Positions 56,045-64,000 of a stretch of 64,000 nucleotides of DNA are shown piece by piece; the stretch's first letter is position 1; each line of letters begins with the position of its first letter. Origin of the DNA: Octopus vulgaris. Its lineage: Eukaryota. Where the stretch lies: NCBI GenBank assembly GCA_951406725.2, contig OX597830.1, positions 16,740,001-16,804,000 of the forward strand, in the 5' to 3' direction. A program made the translations under genes and the position numbers. Under the pieces are notes generated by a model, which was not told the DNA's origin, searched no databases, and saw only the letters and a list, made by a program, of their open reading frames with translations.

Positions 56045-56468
56045 GGATCTTTTCGGTTTGAACGGCAGTTTTTTCTAGCGGTATCACATGAAATTGTCAC
56101 CCATAATTATGACCCTAGTATCAATCTATTGCATTTCAATCTCGTTTAGGGCTTGGGTTAGGGTTAGGGGTGGGGGGGGAAGGGTATCTTTTTTTCTTCA
56201 GAAATGTAAATAAACCCAATCTGTTTCTTAAACGAGGGACATATTCATACGGCACAGAATGTTTTCACCTCAATAGACGTCATTGATTGGTTGAAATTGC
56301 AGAAATTGAAGAAAAAAACAACAAATATCTTACAAACTATAGAATTTTCTCAATAAAGCCAAGAGAAAAAGATGTTTTATAAACACATTCTACCAGTATG
56401 CGAAGTTTAAAAGTGTTTAGTTCCGTGGAAATTATTTTAAAAAACAGCCGTTCAAACCGAAAAGATCC
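56045..56468 (+). mobile_element. Merlin-like MITE, copy 5
   Basis: Same TIRs. TSD tttgtttc / tttgttta. Confidence 0.9.
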
Positions 56469-57268
56469 TTTGTTTATTTTCGTCTTTAACATTGTAGAAT
56501 AGATGATGTTATAAAGCCAAGGGTCCCTATAATATAGACAGATGCGTTTGACGCTCGCCAGATTTGAACTCAGAAGGTAAAAAAACAAAGTGTACTCGGT
56601 GCAACAAGATAGTTGGGCGTTTTATCGTGACTACCATAAATTATTTCATTAACGTAATAATTACAATTTTTAACAATTAATTACTTCTCAGTTTGAAATA
56701 ATTAAAGATTTGGGTTGAATGTTGTCGGCTAAAAATATTGATTTGTTTTCACTTCGAGAAAAAATAATGACAGCGGCGTGATGATGGCTGTGGTGGCGGT
56801 GATAACGGCGGCGGCGGCGACTGTTGTGATGAAGGTGCTGAAGGTGGCGGTCGGGGTTGTAGCGGTGGTTATTCTTGTCGTTGCTCTTGTGATGGTGGTA
56901 ATGGTGGCGGCGGCAGCGGAGGGAGCGGTGGTAGAGGCGGCGGCGGCATCAGAGCCAGAGGCAGTAACAGAGGTAGAAGAGAGGCGAGCTGGCAGAAACG
57001 TTATCACTCCGGCCGAAATGCCTAGCGGTATTTCGTCTGCCGCTACGTTCTGAGTTCAAATTCCGTCGAGGTCGACTTTGCCTTTCATCCTTTCGGGGTC
57101 GATTAAATAAGTACCAGTTACGCACTGGGTTCGATGTAATCAACTTAATCCGTGTGTTTGTCCTTGTTTGTCCTCTCAGTGTTTTGCCCCTTGTGAGTAG
57201 AAAAGAAATAGGTATTTCGTCTGCCGCTACGTTCTGAGTTCAAATTCCGCCGAGGTCGACTTTGCCTT

Positions 57269-58103
57269 TTATCGTTTCTTATTCCCGTTGTGTAGTAGTA
57301 CTGCCTTGAGACTTCTCTTGGATGAATCAATGAATAAGCGCCATTCCGCTGGAACATGCTCTTGGAACAAACAGCGAAATAACTCATCAGTGTTGTTACT
57401 GAAACAAAGTGGTCCATCAACAGAGAAGCATGAAGTCAGAACCCTATTTCTCTTCCTGAAATGAGTAATACAAACATCTTTCTTAGGCAGACACTTTTCT
57501 TGTAGGCGAGATGCTAATAGTTCAGCTTTATCCTTCGACAATGATAAGTCTCTAACTAAATCATTTAACTCTCCTTGAGAAAATTTCTGTGGTACGTCTT
57601 CATTTTCAATCGTGAAATCTGCTTCCACTTCGGTGTCTTCCACAGCAGTAATATTTTCTTCAGGAAATACATCTTCGTCAGACATCTGAAGGCCATTTTC
57701 TGGTGGTATTGGAATAGGAAGATTCTCATCGTTGTATGGTACTGGTCTTCGTGCTGGTTCCAAGTTGGGATACACAATCTTATGCTTTGTCTTTACAGTA
57801 AACCCACATACATTAATGTTGCAGAAATAACAGTCCATGAAATGATCCTTTGGCTCTCTCCATATTATAGGTATTGCAAACGGCATTGCTCTCTTCCTCT
57901 TATTTAGCCAATCCCTTAGTCCATTTGAACAAGCTGAGCAGATGATGTGCGGGGCCCTTATCTTGATCCCCGAGAGAGCAGCCAAAGTATAACTGGTAGA
58001 TCTTCTTGATTTCACTTGTGATGGCACGTTGCTGAGCTTTGGTGGTAAATGACCCACAGACATGACAAAATATATCAGGACTGTTCTTGCAATGCCTTGA
58101 CAT
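57269..58103 (-). pseudogene. Chapaev3-type transposase N-terminal half, one frameshift near 57955
   Basis: FCHVCG...DQDK/APHIICSAC...WREPKDHFMDCYFC zinc-finger region, ELNDLVRDLSLSKDKAELLASRL, and EWRLFIDSSKRSLKAVLLHNGN carrying the first catalytic Asp. Confidence 0.85.
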
Positions 58104-58639
58104 CCTGAGTAGAATTTGATGACGATGATGACTTGGTACCTTAAACAGAAAGTGAAATTTATGAAAATAAAAATTATGAAAACATAAAATTACAAAATGA
58201 ATACAATAGTTATAAAACAGAAGTCAGAATTTACCTGTATAAGACGTTTACGTGTAGCGCAACATAGAGGGGCTAAACATAGAGAGGACAAACATGGACA
58301 GACATAGGTATTAAGTCGATTATATCGACCCCAGTGCTTAACTGGTACTTAATTTAACGACCCCGAAAGGATGAAAGGCAAAGTCGACCTCGGCGGAATT
58401 TGAACTCACAACGTAACGGCAGCCGAAATACCTCTAAGTATTTCGCCCGACGTGCTAACGATTCTGCCAGCTCGCCGCCTTACGTGTAGCGATACTGCTG
58501 ATGGGAGTTATATACCTCTCTTATCTCATCAGAAAAACTGTGATAGAAGGAAACTGATTACATTTTTGAAATCTGCAGACAAAACCTACATATAAAATAA
58601 CATAGAATATCCCTGATGAAAATTGGCTGTTGACCAGTG
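57269..58639 (-). mobile_element. Chapaev3-like (CMC) DNA transposon, 5' half
   Basis: Terminus CACTGGTCAACA at 58639 next to TTA. A SINE B is inserted at 58260-58479 with TSD ttacgtgtagcg. Cut at 57269 by another SINE. Confidence 0.75.
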
Positions 58640-58644
58640 TTATC

Positions 58645-59049
58645 ATTACCTCTGCTAAGGAAGGAGATTTTTTCATCGGCGTTGGTTTATCCGTCTGTCT
58701 GTCTGTGTGCAAAATAACTCAAAAAGTTGTGAACGGTATTGGATTAAACTTGCAGGAAAAATTGGTAATGACACAAGGAACAGATTATGAAATTTTGGTA
58801 GTGACCCGGGAACTTTTATGGTTTCTTGAAGGATTTTTCATTTGTTATATTTACTTTACATGAAGTATTACAACGTTACGTTCTTTGATTATCTCCCTTG
58901 AAAATACATTCGTCGTTTCCACGTAACCTATGGTGGCGTTGCTGTTTCCAAAGTTTATTTTCGTTTCTCTATTAGTAATCTTACTTGCGTCTCTATCTTA
59001 GAATGAGCTGCTTGGCGGAGGTCTGCGCTCTCCGAGTGCTTTTCTAGTT
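58645..59049 (+). mobile_element. Helentron-associated (HINE/DINE-1-like) element
   Basis: attacctctgctaagg ... (GTCT)n ... cttggcggaggtctgcgctctccgagtgcttttctagtt. Confidence 0.75.
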
Positions 59050-59431
59050 ATTATTGTTATCACTGTTGTTGTTATGGTTGTAGTGCTGTTGCTGCTGAAT
59101 GAGGATAATACTTATGTCCTTATCGTTCATATTATTACTGTTATGATCGTTATTATTGTAGTGGTTGTTATTATGGTCGATATTGCCCATGTTTGTAGTT
59201 GTTGTTACTGTTGTTGTTATTTAGTTTCACATCAGCCATGATCAAGTAAATTATACCATGGCTTCCCTATCACTGGTCTCATATAGGCAATCTAGCGCAA
59301 TCGAAGGCTATACTTCGTTGATGAGATCTTATACGACAGAAATATGTCCAGAGTTGTCGCCCAGTACAAACTAAAATTGGATCAAATTAATAATAGTTAT
59401 TCAGCAAATGTCTTCTTCTTGGTATTAATTA

Positions 59432-60125
59432 ATAAATATTGGTTTCAAATTTTGGCATGAGGCCAGCAAGTTTGAGGCAGGGGGTAAGTCGATTAAACCT
59501 ACACCAGTGCTCAACTGGGACTTATTTTATCGACCCGAAAGGATAAAAGACAAAGTCGACTTTGGCGGAATTTGAACTTACGGCTGTTAGGACATTTTGA
59601 CCAGCGTGTTAACGATTCTGCCAGCTCGCCGCCTTCGTTAATTGATAAATATTGGTTTAAAATTTTACCACAAGGCCAGCAATTTCGGGTGGGGGGGGAT
59701 TAAGTCGATTACATCGATGCCCGTGCTTAATTGGTACTTATTTTATCGACCCCCTAAACCATGGAAATCTAAGTCGACTCTGGCGGCAGTTGAACTCAGA
59801 ACGTAGAGACAGGTGAAATATCGCTTGGACATTTTGCCCAGCCTGTTAGCGATTCTGCCAGCTAATCGCCTTCGTTAATTGATAAATATTGGTTTAAAAT
59901 TTTACCACAAGGCCAGCAATTTCGGGTGGGGGGGATTAAGTCGATTACATCGATGCCCGTGCTTAATTGGTACTTATTTTATCGACCCCCTAAACCATGG
60001 AAATCTAAGTCGACTCTGGCGGCAGTTGAACTCAGAACATAGAGACAGGTGAAATATCGCTAGGACATTTTGCCCAGCGTGCTAACGATTCTGCCAGCTC
60101 GGCACCTTTGTTAATTGATAAATAT
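59432..60125 (-). repeat. Three tandem SINE B units (~210-240 bp)
   Basis: gttaattgataaatatt junctions at about 59637, 59874 and 60110. Units 2 and 3 are nearly identical. Confidence 0.9.
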
Positions 60126-60858
60126 TACAAATTAATTAGCTAGTTTCTCTTACTATATTCAGTATGATAATCCTAATTATTGTCTTATCTGCTTGCAATT
60201 CAGCGTTTGTAGTCTTGCCATGGCCCTAGAGAAGGTAAACACTGTTGTACTAAAATAGCATTAATGATTTTACTTGGAAGTTCGTCTCTAGTGGTTGCTT
60301 GGACTGATCAGGTGGAGACATCAATTATCACAAGACGTATAGTATGCTTGACTAGCGAGGGATTCCTTGACGGCAAATTTGCGCGTGTATATAGGTGAAA
60401 GGTGTTGGGGGGAGAGAAAATGGGGAAAAGAGAGAGAGAGAGAGAGTGGAAGAGAAAGGAAGAGAAAACGATCGTCTGCGAGAAGTGTGGGGGGGAATGT
60501 GTGTGCGAGCGCGAGGTTGTGTCTATGAGAATGTGCAAGCGTCTGTGAAAGTGTATGCGCATGTGTGGTGGCTGTGTGAGTAGCTGTGTGTGTTGTTGTT
60601 CGTGTGTTTGTGCGCTTGCGGGTGTATGTGTGTATGTGTGTGTGTGTGTGTCTATGGATGCGGCTGTGTGCAAGCGAGAGAGAGAGAGAGACTGAGAGAG
60701 AGAGAGAGGGGGAGAGAGATTTTGTTTTATTTCTGCGTATGAGAATCGTGTGTGTACGTGTGTGAGGGAAAAGGAGTAGGTTTGTACGCTTGTGTGAGAA
60801 AGAGCGTGTGTGTCTGTGTCTGCGTGTAAGAGAGCGCGCGTGTATGTATGAATATGTA

Positions 60859-60924
<66 letters not shown>

Positions 60925-61224
60925 TGTATGTGTGCACGCGTGAGTACGTAGGCGTACATGCTAGTGTGAGTATGCATGCCTGCATGGATGTATCTGTGTT
61001 GCCTGTCCACTGTATGTCTGTGTCCGTGACCGTCTACGTGTATCGGTCTGTGCGTATATATTTGTGCATGTACATATGTCTATCACTGTGTGTGTGTGTG
61101 TGTGTGTGTGTGTATGAGTCCATATTGCTCTAACCATTTGTGTAAATGCGTTCGTATTTGTGTGTACACATGACTGTGTGTGTGTGTGTGTGAGTGCATG
61201 TGTGTGTGTGTGTATGTGTATATG

Positions 61225-61333
61225 TGTGTGTGTGTGTCTGCAAACTTGTCTGTTCTTGTGAGCGTACACCTTATCGTTATGTGTATATGCGTATGTGTGT
61301 ATACGTGTATGTGCATATCTGTCTGTTAGTGTA

Positions 61334-61365
<32 letters not shown>

Positions 61366-61480
61366 AGTGTGTCTGCAAACTTGTCTGTTCTTGTGAGCGT
61401 ACACCTTATCGTTATGTGTATATGCGTATGTGTGTATACGTGTATGTGCATATCTGTCTGTTAGTGTATGTATATGTGTA

Positions 61481-61512
<32 letters not shown>

Positions 61513-61660
61513 TGAGTGTGTCTACAAACTTGTCTGTTCTTGTGAGCGTACACCTTATCGTTATGTGTATGTGCGTATGTCTGACGCTGTGTGTGTGCGT
61601 GTGCTGACTTGTCTGTTGTTGCTGTGTATACGTGTATGTGCATATCTGTCTGTTAGTGTG
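61225..61660. repeat. ~140-bp compound tandem repeat in TG-rich DNA, about 3 copies
   Basis: caaacttgtctgttcttgtgagcgtacaccttatcgttatgtgtat occurs three times. Confidence 0.9.
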
Positions 61661-62215
61661 CGTAATTGTGTGTTTGTGTGCGTGTGTGTGTGTGTGCACA
61701 TTTGTATATCGTTATGTTTGTGTGCGCGTATCTGTCTGTCGGTATGTGTTTGTATCTGTGCACACATCTGCCGTTGTTTGTGTATGTATGTATGTGCGCG
61801 TGTTTTTGTGTGCGTGCATGTATGCATGCATATGTGTGTGTTGATATGTGAGTGAGCATGTGCGTTTGTGTACATAAGTCCGTCCATCTGTGTGTGTGTG
61901 TGTGTTTGTGTGTGTGTGTATGTCTGCTTATGTGTGCATATGTTGCTGTGTATCTTTGTACTGTCTGTATCTAATACATATCTCACTGTAGCTTTCAGTG
62001 TGTATGTGGATGTGTATGTGTGTGTGCTTGTGTGTGTGTGTGTGTGTTTGTATACGCGCGCGCGTGTATGTATTTGTCTTTGATTGTCCGTAGCCGTCTT
62101 AATAAATTCCAAAAACAATGGTAGAATCTATAGAATTAATAATGAATTTCAAAGAACTGATGAATTGTTTCAAATTTACATATTCTGTTCCTTTTCTTAC
62201 CATTTATTTTTACGT

Positions 62216-62325
<110 letters not shown>

Positions 62326-62459
62326 CTTTACTGCCCACAAGGGGCTAAACATAGAGGGGACAAACATGGGACTAAGTCGATTACATAGACCCCAGAGCGA
62401 AACTGGTACTTTATTTATCGACCCCGAAAGGATGAAAGCAAAGTCGCCAGAGAGAGAGA

Positions 62460-62650
<191 letters not shown>

Positions 62651-63171
62651 ATTCCTCTTTGTATTGTTATTGCTTACATGCAGGAATAATTTGCAGGTGC
62701 AGGTGCATTTTGCAGACTCTGATGCTTTCGGTTGTCAGAATGCAAGTGTCTAATTCGTAATTACGCAATTACAGTCTGTTCTTCGAAAAACAAATAAAAT
62801 AATTTTCAAAAAAAAAAACTTCAAGAACCTTGTCTGTGTTACGTAAGAACTACGACTCGCATATCTTGCTAGGAAAACATAAATACTCCCCCTCTCTCTC
62901 TAACATATTAGTCTTTCTCTGTCTCTATCTGTCTCACTTTCTCTCTCTCTGTCTCTCTCTCTCTCTACTCCCTCCCTTTCGTTCTTATTACTTTTCTCTT
63001 CCCATTTCTTTTTCTTTCTCTTTATCACATACACGTAGCTAAAACGTTGTTGTCATCTGTTAATCTGGTGTGTTTATAATGAGATTTGCGTACGTACGTG
63101 TGTGTGTGTGCATGTGTGTGTGTGTGTGCGTGTGCGTGTGTGTGTGCGTGTGTGTGCATGTGTGTGTGTGT

Positions 63172-63202
<31 letters not shown>

Positions 63203-63275
63203 CATGTGTGTGTGTGTGTGTGTGTGCCTACGTGCGTGTATTGTATTACCTTCTGTTTGCACGCTTTAAAAATGC

Positions 63276-63329
<54 letters not shown>

Positions 63330-63376
63330 GGGTGCATGCATACATACTTGCATAAATACACGCACACACACACAGA

Positions 63377-63431
<55 letters not shown>

Positions 63432-63499
63432 CATACAGAGAGAGTGGAGAGAGAGAATGTTACACAAGCAAGTTGACAGATAATGGGGACAGACTGACA

Positions 63500-64000
<501 letters not shown>

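Overview
Repeat-saturated eukaryotic DNA, most likely an octopus (inferred from the tRNA-derived SINE families and the extreme (TA)n/(TG)n/(GATA)n density). No intact host protein-coding gene is supported, and almost all listed ORFs are microsatellite artefacts. Coding relics: a frameshifted Penelope-like element (PLE; RT + GIY-YIG, 43858-45753, -), a second decayed PLE (47800-48280, +), a Helitron PIF1 fragment in a tandem composite Helitron array (4108-9145), a Chapaev3-type transposon 5' half (57269-58639, -), a decayed LINE and mariner fragments. There are also five copies of a GG-terminal, 8-bp-TSD MITE carrying TTAGGG repeats. Main result: folding by hand finds about a dozen hammerhead ribozyme (HHR) motifs in non-coding, PLE-end-like repeats next to (TA)n tracts. 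Two unrelated repeat families (49584-49726 and 50744-50804, both -) carry the full catalytic core with the three strands in a non-circularly permuted, pseudoknotted order. The first is supported by compensatory base changes between copies. The second is supported by an inverted duplication that ends exactly at the predicted cleavage site. A 563-nt HHR unit with 106-nt terminal redundancy (45837-46505) resembles a retrozyme copied from a circular RNA. All structures are manual predictions and none has been tested.
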